A DNA stretch of 64,000 nt, taken from NCBI RefSeq assembly GCF_009914755.1, contig NC_060925.1; one strand, given 5' to 3'. How positions within the stretch are numbered: the first letter of the stretch is position 1; each line of letters begins with the position of its first letter. The notes under the pieces are model-generated. The model was not told the DNA's origin and searched no databases. It saw nothing but the letters and a program-made list of their open reading frames with translations. Position numbers and translations under genes: made by a program. Shown in pieces: positions 29,615-41,736 of this stretch. Origin of the DNA: the human T2T-CHM13v2.0 reference genome, Homo sapiens.

Positions 29615-29950
29615 AAAGTCAGGATACAGTAGGCTATGTTTCAGTAACAAATAAACCCCAAAGAGCGAATTGTTTAACACACTAAGTTTATTCTACACTC
29701 AAAGTCCAAAATGAATCAGATGGCCCTCTTCCATCTTATAGCCTGCAAGGTTGCTGTGTCAAGAAAGAGAGAGCTAAAAGTTTCCATGAGGCGTGTCTAT
29801 AAGGGCCAGGTTTAGAAGTGCCTTGTGAAACCCCCCACCTTTGCATGCATCAGGGCCTAGCCATGTGATCCCAACCTAAGGCAAGGGAGATTGGGGAGTG
29901 GGTGGCCCACAAGAGGATGTGAAGTGGATCTTACCACTGTCTCTGCTGCA
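29615..29950 (-). mobile_element. Old MaLR LTR (MLT1J/K-like)
   Basis: agtcaggata...ggctatgtttcagtaacaaataaacccc terminal motif. Confidence 0.5.
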
Positions 29951-30214
29951 GGAGACCTTCTAGCTCCCTTAAGCTCATCTGGCTTAACAGCCAGCTCTGT
30001 CTTCTCTCCTCAGGGCTGTGCTGTGGGCCCTCTGATTCTCTAGAACCAACATCCCTTCAGAGAAAGAGAACGTTCAGTGAAAGAGGAAGAGAGAGAGATG
30101 GAATGACAGCACTAGCTCTCATACGAAGTCCCAAAAGCATGGAATTCCAGAATGGAATTCATTCTGCACATCATTTTCTTCAAGTGGGGAGAGAGAGAGA
30201 GGTACGGGAGTGGG

Positions 30215-30217
<3 letters not shown>

Positions 30218-30262
<45 letters not shown>
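30218..30262. repeat. (GA)22 microsatellite
   Basis: Pure GA run 30219-30262, with a shorter run at 30189-30201. Confidence 0.98.
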
Positions 30263-30264
<2 letters not shown>

Positions 30265-33004
30265 TACTGAAATAAGAATTTACCCTTATATTTGGAATAA
30301 GTAAGAATATAAATAAGAATATCCTTCTCACTCTACTTTCCTTCCTCCCACATAACTACTCCCACCATAGTGAATATGATAGAGTGTATATCTGATTTCT
30401 TTACTCCAAAAAGATATCAAGAACCTTAAGCTTTCTTTCTGAGCCACTCCTCACTAAGCTTATCCTCATTTCTTAAAGTATAACTATAGCTGGGCCATTT
30501 TACATTCTACTGAATATTCTGTGACACTGTGGTCATCAGCATGAATGACACTTTGGGGACTCATCTAACCAATATTTTGGATGTCTCCCAAGTGCCAAGT
30601 CTTGTACTAACTCCATCCTGAGGCTGTGCTTCTCTCAAAGAGCTTGTGGTCTAGCTGGTGTCATCCAAATACTGACAGATACATTACAGGAAACACAGCT
30701 ACTGTTGCTTGTAACCCACACCCTGAGGTGTGCTGCCAGGTATGTGCTCAGCCACACATCACACACAAAAATGCCTTCTGAGGTACCAGTTGTGTACTGC
30801 TCTAGAGTAATCACATCCAAGATGGGATGGCACATACATTAAAGACCAAAGCTTTGCTCTTCTCATGAGTGTTAAGAACTGGGAATTCGTTTCTTCCCGA
30901 GGCCAATTCTCACAGTCTTGATCTGTCAGAACTTACTGGGGTTGAGGAGAAAGATGATGTTCTGAACATGGCCTGTTTGGGCCTGTTTGGGGCTCAGTTT
31001 TGCCATCAGAGATGTTCCTTGCTGGCAGTGGCACTGGCCCACAATGGATAGAGCTGGCGTGAGGAGTGGAAGCTGTAAACCAGGACACCAGAAGTTGCCC
31101 TTTTTAGACCCAGCTCTTCCACTAACTCACTCTGTGACCTTGGAGGTGTCCTTTTGGCCTCTCTGAGCTCCAGTTTTCCTCATGTGTAAAATCAAATGTT
31201 TGGACTAGACAAGGGCTCTTTCAGCTGTGACACCCTGTTATTCTGGGCATCTGTGTTCCTGCCTCTGTAATTGAGGTCATCAGTCCTATGTCATACTGGG
31301 TCTGCAGGGAGGATGAATTGGAGCAGAGTCACCAGGTTGATCAACTCGAGAGGCATCCCTCCCACAGTGACTCACCAGGAGAAAAACCATTAGACCCATC
31401 ACCTCTGGGACTTGTTGACACTGATTTTCGTTTTTTTCTATAACTTCTAAATGCTCACAAACTGAAGAAGGCAATAACCCTTTTTTAGTCAGTGCAGCTA
31501 CCAAAATGGAAAGAAAGTACCTTTGCACCTGTCGCTGAGCTAGCCTCTCCAAAATGTACTTAGCCCATTGCTGAGGAAGTCTGTGGGTTTAGAGAGAGGA
31601 CTTTCTAGAAGACAGAGCCCTGCCTGTCACTGGAAGCCCAGCTTAGCATGAGGGGACTTGTCACACAGTACTGTGGAATTACACACCTTTAGAGCTGCCA
31701 ATAAGTTCAGCCTTCTCCTCACCTTCACACAGATTTCTTCACACACATTTTGCACACAGGGAAGTGAAGCCCAGAGAGGTTGATTAAGCCAAGGTCATGC
31801 ACGGTATGAAGGACTGAGATGAGAACTGGCATCTTCTGACTCCTGACTGTTAGGCCAGTGCTCTTGCACTCTACCGTGCTAAATAATTCATAGACACATG
31901 AATCTGGTATCAAGAACAGTGACATGATAATGGTACAGCCAATAATGGTAGTTACATATACCACATATTTATTTTACATGTATATAATATGTGTATTATA
32001 TGTAATATATATTCTTTAGTCCCAACTTATAGGTAAGAAACTGAGACACGTAGAGATGAACTAATTTATTCATTTGGTGACATACAGCTCAGTTGTTCCA
32101 TTGAAGCAATTTTTTAAGTGCTTGTCATGAGCAGGCATTAAACTAGTCACTATGATGGAATTTAGAGTTAAATTAGAGCTCTGCCCTCAAGGAGATGATA
32201 GTAATGTATAACCTAAGCCAAAGACATGGGTAACAGTTATATAAGGGAGAGATGGGACCGATGTCAGAAGACAGAGCTGGCTAGATTTGGGGAAACTCAA
32301 AGAAAGGGATGTATTTTTTTTTCCAGATTGAATGGGTTAGAGGAGGAAAGACAAGGGTAGAGGTAACTGAACTGAATCTCCAAAGAAGTGTAGGTTGTAG
32401 GGCATAGAATAGGGAATGAAAAGCCAGAATGGGCCAAAAATATCTGCATGAAGCCAAACAGCACATCAGTTGACAAGTTTGTTCTTTGACAAGTGCGCAG
32501 CCACAACCAAGGGATAGCAAGTGTAAAATGCTTAGTAGTAGGTGAAGACGAGGAATGTGACTAATCTCACGAACCACCTGTGATAAAGAAATCTTTGCTT
32601 TCTGATTTTGTTACACCAAAAAAAAAAATAGAAAAGCCATTAGAAAACTTGTAAACCTGGTATCTAAACTACAAGCAAATTGAAACTGACCCAGCTCACT
32701 GTTAAGAGTCTCTTTGTGAGGGAAACCAGAGCATTTTCCTGTAAAGTCAACAGGGTTTACAGTTGTAATAGGCCATTGATTCTGAATACACAAATCTGAA
32801 CAAACCACGGATCAAATCAGTCTCCCTGAAAGATGGCAGCTTCAAAAGGTAAAAGCCAGATGCAACAGAGTTAACCTCCATCACCACTTTAAAGAGGAGC
32901 AGAGCTGTGATTGTCTCCACTGAAGAACAAAATGAAGATTGGGTTTAAGCCAGTGTTGTGCTGGTAAATATTTGAACACTGACTGTTTAAAAATGTGTGT
33001 GTGT

Positions 33005-33262
33005 CAAGGACAGAAAACCAAACACCGCACATTCTCACTCATAAGTGGGAGTTGAGCAATTAGAACACATGGACACAGGGAGGGAAACATCACACACTGG
33101 GGCCTGTTTTGGATCTGTAGTTATTGGGAGGGTCAGGGGAGGGATGGCATTAGGAGAAATACCTAATGTAGATGACAGGTTGTTGGGTGCAGCAAACCAC
33201 CGTGGCACGTGTATACCTATGTAACAAACCTGCACATGTACCCCAGAACACAAAGTATAATA
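33005..33262 (+). mobile_element. L1PA (PA7/8-like) 3' end
   Basis: aaaaccaaacaccgc...ttctcactcataagtgggag...gtaacaaacctgcac...aaagtataata. Confidence 0.9.
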
Positions 33263-33924
33263 GATAATATTTTAATGAAATATTAAAATTAAACTGCCAA
33301 GAATGTATATTTAAAAAGGTGTGTGTTTAAGCTTATTATTAATTTTCCCAATAAAGAGCACATAATTTACAAATAACAATAAAATGTTCAGTATTCTTTG
33401 TTCTAAATTCCATGTACCCAATCGTTTCTTTAAGAATGTTTTTATTGATTTTTGCCAAATTATTGTATCTATAGCTAACCTATGGGTGCAACTGATGAAT
33501 GAATATAGTCCCAAAATAATATGGTTAGTATTTTTGGTTACCTTAGTAGGTAAGAAGAAGGTGAAACCAAAAAGACCTGTGTTGGAACCTCATTTGCTCC
33601 TCCATAATATTAGTAACTTCCTTACTGAATCAAATAACAGTTTTCAAATAATAGACCACCACTATTTTTCCAGTTTTGTGCTGCTCATGATGTAATGTCT
33701 ACAAACACAGCACACTTTGAAGTTTAATATGTAATATTTACATTTTCTCCATCCATTTCTAATAATCAACAGTATAGCAAATCAAGTCCTGATTGGTGGT
33801 GTTTGCTTATTTCTATGATATAATACTTCCTTACAGCTGGTTTCCAGCTCCCAATGAGATATCACTGAATGCAGAGCTGGAAAGAGAGGTACCGTAGCAG
33901 GCCTTATATAACATTTTCACTATT

Positions 33925-34465
33925 ATGCACTGAATATGTGCGTGTATGTCCCCAAGTCTATATGTTGAAGCCCTGACCCCCAATGTGATGGTATTTGGAG
34001 AAGGCTCCTTTGGTAGGTAATTAGATTTATGTAATTAGGTTTAGATGAGGTCACAAGTGTGGGGTCCCCATGATGAGATTAGTGACCTTATAAAAAGAGA
34101 CCGGAGTATCCTATAACACTGTAGTTAAATATGAACAGAATTAACAATAATACATAGATTTAAATAGCTAGAATGAAGATATTGAATGGTCTCAACCCAA
34201 AGAAATGATCAATGTTTGAGATGATGGGTATGCCAATTACCCTGATCTGATCACTGTCCATCATGTGTATTGCAACATCACTATGTACCCCATAAACATG
34301 TACAATTATTATGTGTCAATTTTTTAAAACTAAAAAGTTTAAAAAATTAAAAATAATTGTAGAAAATAAAAACACCATGGTCACAAAAAAATAAAAATTA
34401 AAAAAGAAACCAGAGTTTGCACTTGTGCACCCCCTCGCCTGCCCCATCACCATAAAGGAACACCC
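33925..34465 (+). mobile_element. MLT1A LTR 5' part, interrupted by an L1MA 3' end (34108-34400)
   Basis: tatgttgaagccctgacccccaatgtgatggtatttggag; L1MA tail flanked by TSD aaaaagagaccggagt / aaaaagaaaccagagt. Confidence 0.8.
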
Positions 34466-35555
34466 TCCCTGTGCTTCCTCTTTCTATTGTTACCACTTAC
34501 TCCCCATCCTCTCACAACTACTAATCTGTTCTCCATCTCCATAGTTTTATTTCCAGAATGTTATAAATATAAAATTATACAGTACATTAACTTTTGAGAT
34601 GACTTTTTTCACTAAGAATAATTCCCTAGTTTCGTCTACATAGTTGCATGTATCATTTCTTTTATTTCTGAGTAGTATTCCATTGTGCAGATAAACCAGA
34701 ATTTGTTTAACCATTCACCCATTGATAGACATGTGGGTTGTTTCCAGTTCTTTGCTGTTATGGATAGAGCTGCCATAGACATTTGTGTATTTTGTATATA
34801 GATTTTATGCGAATATAACTTTTCATTTTTCTGGGATAAGTGCCTAAAACTGATTGCTGGGACCTATGATTGGCGCAAGAAACTTCCAAACTATTTTCCA
34901 GAGTGCCTGTATTATTTTCCTTTCCCACCATCATGTATGAGAGATCAAGCTTCTCTGTATTCTCACCAGCATTTTGTGTTGTCACTGTTTTCCATTTTAG
35001 CAGTTCTAATTGCTATGTGCTGATATCTCATTGTGGTTTTAATTTGCATTCTCTAATGGATAACGACGTTGGACATCTTTTTATGTGTTTATTTGCCACC
35101 TGTATCACCTCTTTGGGGAAATGTTTCCTCATGTCTTTTACCCATTTTCTAATTGGAGTTTGTTTCTTTACTATACAGTTTTAAGAGTTCTTTATATATT
35201 CGAGATGTAAGAAATTTGTCAGATATATGGTTTGCAAGCTTTTTCTCCCAGTCTGTAACTTGTCTTTTCATTCTCTTAAAAGAGTCTTTTGCAGCATAAA
35301 AGTTTCAAATGTTGATAAATCATATATCAATTTTTGGTGTCATGTCTAAGAACTCTTTACTTAGATTTACATCCTGAATATTTTCACTTATTTTTAAATA
35401 AAAAGTTTTAGAATTTTATATTTTCATTTAAATCCATGATCCATTATGAATTAATTTTTCATGTGGTGTGAGGTTTTAAATCAAGGTTCATTTTTCTGCC
35501 CATTGGTGTCCAATTGTTCCCGTGTTGTTTGTTCAAAGTTATCCCTTCTCCAATG
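34465..35555 (-). mobile_element. L1MC/MB 3' fragment
   Basis: actactaatctgttctccatctc, tgagtagtattccattgt, ctcattgtggttttaatttgcatt. Confidence 0.85.
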
Positions 35556-35760
35556 AAATTTTTGTTTTTAATATAATTCATTTCATTATAAGTTTTAAAA
35601 ATAATGCTTGTGCATAACAACTAGCTCACAAAAATTTAACAATCAGTTCTGGGAGCCAGCACAGGGTGGCTCCAGCACTTTATTGGTTTAAACTATATTG
35701 TATGTTATTGATTAGGAGGGAAAAAGTAGTCATATGGATGGTTAGAAATGATGAGTGTTT

Positions 35761-36190
35761 ACCTAAATGCCCATCAGTGATAGACTGGACAAAAAAAATG
35801 TGGTACATATACACCATGGAATACTGTGCAGCCTTAAAAAGGAGCGAGATTATGTCCTTTGCAGGGACATGGATGGAGCTGGAAGCCATAATCCTTAGCA
35901 AACTAATGCAGGAACAGAAAACCAAACACTTCATGTCCTCACTTATAAGTGGGAGCTGAATTATAAGAACTCATGGACACATGTGGGAGAACAACCCACA
36001 CTGAGGCCTGTTGGAAAGTGGGAGGGGAGGGAGAGTATCAGGAAGAATAGCTAATTGATGCTGGACTTAATGCCAAGGTGCTGAAATGATCTTTGCAGCA
36101 AACCACCATGGCACACGTTTACCTGTGTAAAAAGCCTGCGCATCCTGCACATGTACCCCAAGCTTAAAATAGATGTTGAGAGGAAAAAAA
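35761..36190 (+). mobile_element. L1PA13-16 3' end
   Basis: ORF2 C-terminus (KKMWYIYTMEY...SFAGTWMELEAIILSKL) plus 3'UTR; TSD-like tgagtgttt on both sides. Confidence 0.9.
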
Positions 36191-38725
36191 GAAAGAGTGA
36201 GTGTTTGTAAATAAATACATATGTAAAACATTATAAGAACATAAGGGCCCAGAGGTAGCATTAGTATCATTTTGTAGAAAATTAAAACTCAGGTTTGAAA
36301 CTCACATTTTACTAGCCTCAGAGGGAGGAAGCAGGAATGGGATGTAATTCATGCTATTACTTTGAAATTGCTTAATTAATAGATTATTTTCAAACTAATT
36401 GGGTGGCCAGGAAGCTTAGTAGAATAATCATGGCCTCTGTGGTCAAATGGAGCTGGGTCTGAACCTTGGCTCTGACATTTACCAGCTTTGAGGAAATGCC
36501 TTATTCACTATCAGTTTCCCTTAGTGTTAAAATGGAGAGAACTCCAAGAATCAAAAGCTATATTCATTAATTTAACAAATACTTGATGAGTTCTGGTCTA
36601 TGGAGAAGGGATTGGGGATACAGCAATGAGCAAAACAGTCATGATTTTTGCCCTCAAAGAGTTTACAATCCAGTGAAGAGGTGGACAGTGAACAAATAAG
36701 CACATTAGTGAAATGGTATTACCATTGTGAAAAGCGGCATGAAGGAAAAAAAGCAGATGTAGTGGTTTAAACAGACAAACCCAAAACTTAGCACTTTTCC
36801 AAGCACACAGAGTTTGCTCAGTGGCAGCTATTCATATTACTGCAGATTAGGGTACGATTAGTGTGGTCCAGGCAGAGGTTTGGAGGCCTGTCTGGGGACC
36901 TGACCACTGTCATCTATGTTGCATACTGTAATGCTCATTTTGCACATCAATCTGAATTGGATGTGCTTCAAGGTCCTCCTCTTACTCTAAAAATCTGTGT
37001 TCCTTAGGTGTGTCAAACAGGGATTAGTTTAATTTCTTACAAAAGGTGAGGGTAAATTCAGCAATCAGTATGGTAGTAATTGACTCAGTTGCTATATGTG
37101 TTTACATTTTAATAATGTTTTTCTGTGATATTCCCCACTCATGCCTTTTTTAACATAGAGTAAATTATGAAAAAAGACTTAGGGAGCTAGAATCCTAGGA
37201 CAATGAGATGACTCTGAAAGTGTTTACAAACTTTACTTCCAACTACTGGCACACATTGAGTTTTGTTTGGAAGTAGGTTATTATTAATCAATGTTTTTTT
37301 GTAATGAAGTCCATAAATCCACATTAAATACACATCCAGACTTCTTGAGGTCCTTTTGATTTTGCATATTTTCATCAGAATAATTCACTAAACTCAATCT
37401 GAGTCTTTTTCATTTTAAGTTTTTGCTGATTTTCTACTAAGTGTCCTCTGACTTATTGAGCAACCAGTGCAGCATTGGCTGCCTGGGCAGGGAAGGAAAC
37501 AGCAGGGGTTATATAGGAATCTGAGTGATTCTGCTTCTTGGCTCTTGTTCTTATGGTTTAAAATAGAAGGAATAATCTTTTCACCACTGTCTCCACCACC
37601 TCCAGTTTTCAGTGGGAAGATGAGGAGTAAGAGGTACATGGTTAGTTATTTTCTGTTTCCCTTCTCTAATTTCTTTTATTATCAAATTGGTACTGCCTTA
37701 TTGTAGGAAATTGGGAAAATAAAAACTAAAAAAGGGAAAATAAAACTTATCTGTAATGTTACTGTTAGGAGTCATCGTCTCCCATACTTTGAAACCGGAT
37801 ATGATAATTCCATAATTTCAGGGTTAGACTCTATTAAAGTCTCTACTTATGCCTCTACAGCACTTTAAGACCAATAGAGGAAGCCATATACCTAAGTGAG
37901 GCCCAAGATCCAGAAAAAAAAAAAGAAAAGAAAGCATAGGTAAGAGCCATATAATGCTGTGTTACAGGAACTATTCTAAATACATTGCAAATATGTTTCT
38001 TACAACCACACTCTATTATTACCCTCATTTTTCTATAGTCACAAAAGCAGTAAGAGGTAGAACCTGAATTCAGGCCCAGTAAGACTGGCTCCAGAGTCCA
38101 CAGGCTAACAAACTTTGTAATACTACAGAAAGCTGAGTAACCATTTCCAACTTCCCTCCTCCCCTAGCTCATTCCCTCCTGTGGGAAGCCTACACTTTCA
38201 TTGTTTCTTTGTCTCACTCATGGCCCAATATTTACTTTGTTCCTATTTTGACTTGTTGTGTGATGTCTGTCACTCCTGTCAGTGGAGGAACTGTTTTGTC
38301 CCATTATTCTCTTTCTAGAACTTTCCCTCCACTCACTTCTACTGAAGGCCAGCTGTATTTCCATGACCTGCCAATACAACTCACAACCATCTCCTCCAAA
38401 AATCTGGTAGTTTTACACAGTAACCAAAGTCACATACAATCTTTAGCATAGATTTGGGGAGGAGGGAGGGAAATGATTAAGTGCGGTGTTTAACATGGGG
38501 TTGGGGAGGTTTTGTGAGGTCACTGAGGGTCCGACGACTCCTTCAAACCATCAGGGAGATAACCTCTATTGATTGGTGTATTTTTCTTGAATTTTTTTCT
38601 ATGCATACACTTTTCTAAAGTTTATTTTATTTATTTTTATTTTACCCAACTTGTAATTTTGAAATAACTCAAACCTGGAGAAAAATGGAAAGTATTTTAA
38701 CTGAAGACTTTTTACCTTTACCTAC

Positions 38726-39172
38726 TATATTAGTTTCCTGGGACTGCTATAACAAATTACCACAGACTGGGTAACTTAAAACAATATAAATGTATTGTCT
38801 CACAGTTCTGGAGGCCAGAAATCTTAAATGGAGGTATTGGCAGGGCCATGCTCCCTCTGAAGGCTCCAGGGAAGGATCCTTTCCTTTTCCTACCTTCTGG
38901 TGATTGCCGACAGTCCTTGGGTTCCTTGGCTTGTAGAGGCATTCCTCGAATCTTTGACATCACATGGCACTTGGCCTCCTTCCTCATGGGTCTCTCTGTC
39001 CCTCCTCTCTTCTTATAAGGAATGCAATTGTATTGGATTTAGGGCCCACCCTAATTCAGTATGACCTCATCATAATTTAATTACATCTGCAAAGGTCCTA
39101 TTTCCAAATAATGTTACATTCTGCAGTTCTGAGAGGACATTAATTTTGGTGGATATTATTTAGCTCAGTACA
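38726..39172 (-). mobile_element. MaLR LTR MLT1B/C inserted in an old L1M 3' end (~38630-39850)
   Basis: tattagtttcctgggactgctataacaaattaccacagactgg...ggatttagggcccaccctaat. Confidence 0.85.
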
Positions 39173-40338
39173 CCTGTAGTCACCAATTGTTAACATTTTG
39201 ACACATTCGTTTTATTTTTAACTCCAACTGTCCACCCACCCACCCACCCATCCATCCTCACACACACAGATTTTGTTAATCCATTTGAAAGTACTAGACA
39301 TGACACTACACCCCTAAATACTTCAGCTGCTGGTATCTATTAGGCAAAATAACATTTTCGCTACATAACCACAATACTACTATTATCTCATATTTAATAT
39401 GAATCCCATAATATCCGATATAGAGATCATATTCATATTTCCCCATTTTTTCTAAAAACATTCTTTATAGCTGATGGATTTTTCCCCCACAAATCAAGAT
39501 TGAATAAAGGATCAAACATTGCACTTATTTATTATGTTTCTTTAATCTCCTTTTAGCTAGAAGGATACCTCGCTTTTTTTAATTTTTCATGATACTCATA
39601 TTTTTGAAGAGTCCAAGCCAGTTGACTTTGAGAATGTACCATATTCTGGGTTTGTCTGATCATTTCTTCATTATTAGATCAGATTAAGCATTTTTGAAAA
39701 GAGTTCCCCGCAGGAGACGCTGTCTACTCTGGTTGCCTGACATCCTGAGGCTCATGATGCCCGTTTGCTCTGCTGGTCATGATGCCACATGTGACAGCTT
39801 TGCTGGGGTGGCGGCAACCGCTTCTCTGCACAGTCATGCACATTGTTTCCCAGTCTTTTCAACTCTCGCTTCACATCGTCTTTTTATTTGTCCTTTTTTC
39901 TTCAGAGCTTTTGGATTTCTGATTAGAAGTGTTTAGAAAATATCTGTAAGTGCTTTTTTGTACACATTTAACTCAGTCCGGCAGTAGTGTTAGTTTTCTT
40001 CCGCTATGTAGTTGTTTGGAGGAAAAAATTTTCACCTGCTGAAATGTTTTGACTCTCATTTTCTAAAGTTTTATATTGACTTTGTGGGGATGTCATCACT
40101 GTTTCATGTTTTAATTATCTTGCGTTTTCCTGTACCAACAAAACCAGATGATTCTGTGTAGACAGCAATAAGGTTTTAGAGAGACTTAATTGATTTCTTG
40201 GATCAAGAACACTGTCTTCTGTTGACACAGTGAAGTTTTTTGTTGTTGTTTTTTTGTTTTTTAATAGTAGATGGCACATTTTGTGTGATGGGATGGGGGT
40301 GGTAGTGTGCTGTCTCTTCTTCCTGAACAACCCTTAAT

Positions 40339-40374
40339 TTCATGATCATGGTATCTCCCCTGCCAGGTAAGTAT
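40339..40374 (-). pseudogene. 3'-truncated U1 snRNA retrocopy (U1 nt 1-36)
   Basis: Reverse complement ATACTTACCTGGCAGGGGAGATACCATGATCATGAA matches recalled U1 5' end at 35/36 (one CpG transition); no poly(A), no TSD. Confidence 0.93.
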
Positions 40375-41736
40375 GTCATATGGCCTCCTTCCTCATTGGT
40401 CTCTCTGTTTTGAATGCTTACTTTCTTCTGCTTCACCATCTAGGCTCCAAGGGCACCTCCTCTCCCAAAAAAGCCATGCCTGGACCTGCACTCTCAAGCC
40501 TCCTCCCTTTGTGCCCCAGTAGCTCTGATCCACCAGGTCATTGACCTTTCTCTCTGTATCCTCTCAGGTGTGACATTTTCTTACCGGGAATGATTTTATC
40601 TGTGCTCTTCCACTTGCTAGGCCTCACTGCCTCCTCCTCTGCCTCCTCCTCTTTGCCAAGCATTCACCGGCTGACTTTCGGCTCCAGCAAGGCCTTCAGC
40701 GCTGGCTCTGCAGGTGTCAGATTTTTATTTCCCCACCTCTGTGTAAATTCAGATTTGTAGCATTCTCAGTCTCTTACTTATGTTGTAGACAGGGGTTATG
40801 GGTGGTTTTATTTGCTATCCTTGTTCATCTCTGTAGGTTTCAGAGAACATGTGTGGAGAGATCCATATTTAATGTCTAGAAACTCCAAGCCTGCATATAT
40901 TTATTCTTGCTGCTTTGATGTTTTGATGTAAATACAATTATATATTTCACATTTTAAAATTCTGACATGGTATAGTATAATTGTATCTATCTTTTTCTCT
41001 CTTTTTGTGGTTTGCTTTTTACATTTAACTCTTTCATTCTTCTGGAATTATTCTTTGCTTTGGCTTGTTTATCTAGACCTTCTGTTCTTGCCTATGGGCA
41101 CAATAGAACATAAGGAAACATGGCCTAGTTTGCTTAGCAATGGACAGATGCTTAGAGAAATGAGGGGCAAGCTTTGGCCTTGTGCAAATGTGGTGGATGC
41201 TTGCTGAAGCGCAGAGTGGACAGGACCAGGGATGATCTGACTGTGAGTTTCTTAAGAAAGTTGAGTGTTGGTCTCTTGGCACTTGAGGCTCTCATTTCTG
41301 CAGAGTTTGTCAAGGACCAACGGCCCATCAAATCTGGCTGCTTGTCAGATGCTTCAGAACAGCTTTATGTCTTGTCACATTCTTAGTCACTGGCTTATGC
41401 CCCAAATTCTCCACTAACGTTTCAGCTTCTCATGAGCAGTGACTACTTCCTTGTCTCAGAGGACATCTAGCTGGAGCCTTGCCCAAAGTGGGTTCTCAGA
41501 GACAATTCAGTCACCTTTGAAAGCTTCTATCCTGAGATCACAAAAGGGGTTACAACAAAAGCAGTGTATTTTCCTTTGGAGACGGATAAGAAAAGAAAGA
41601 CACCTGAGCGGGAGTGGGTAGAAGAAGTATTATGCAGCCTCTATGAGGCCTGACCCTTTGACAGCCTCAGGTCCTCTTCATTTTCTTCAATACCCCACTT
41701 TTAAATATACACTATGTTGGTATATTCACCAGTAGC

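Larger units (their letters stand above)
32951..35685 (-). mobile_element. MER63 (hAT-Blackjack) DNA transposon, fragmented by nested insertions
   Basis: TIR cagtgttgtgctgg (32951) / ccagcactttattg (ends 35685); 8-bp TSD gtttaagc / gtttaaac; MER63-like internal sequence 33780-33925 and 35560-35685. Confidence 0.75.

Noticed and set aside
28448-30166. Small hairpins acctattt-tc-aaataggt (~28448) and cagaatg-gaatt-cattctg (~30148)
   Set aside because: 7-8 bp stems are expected by chance in 64 kb of AT-rich DNA.
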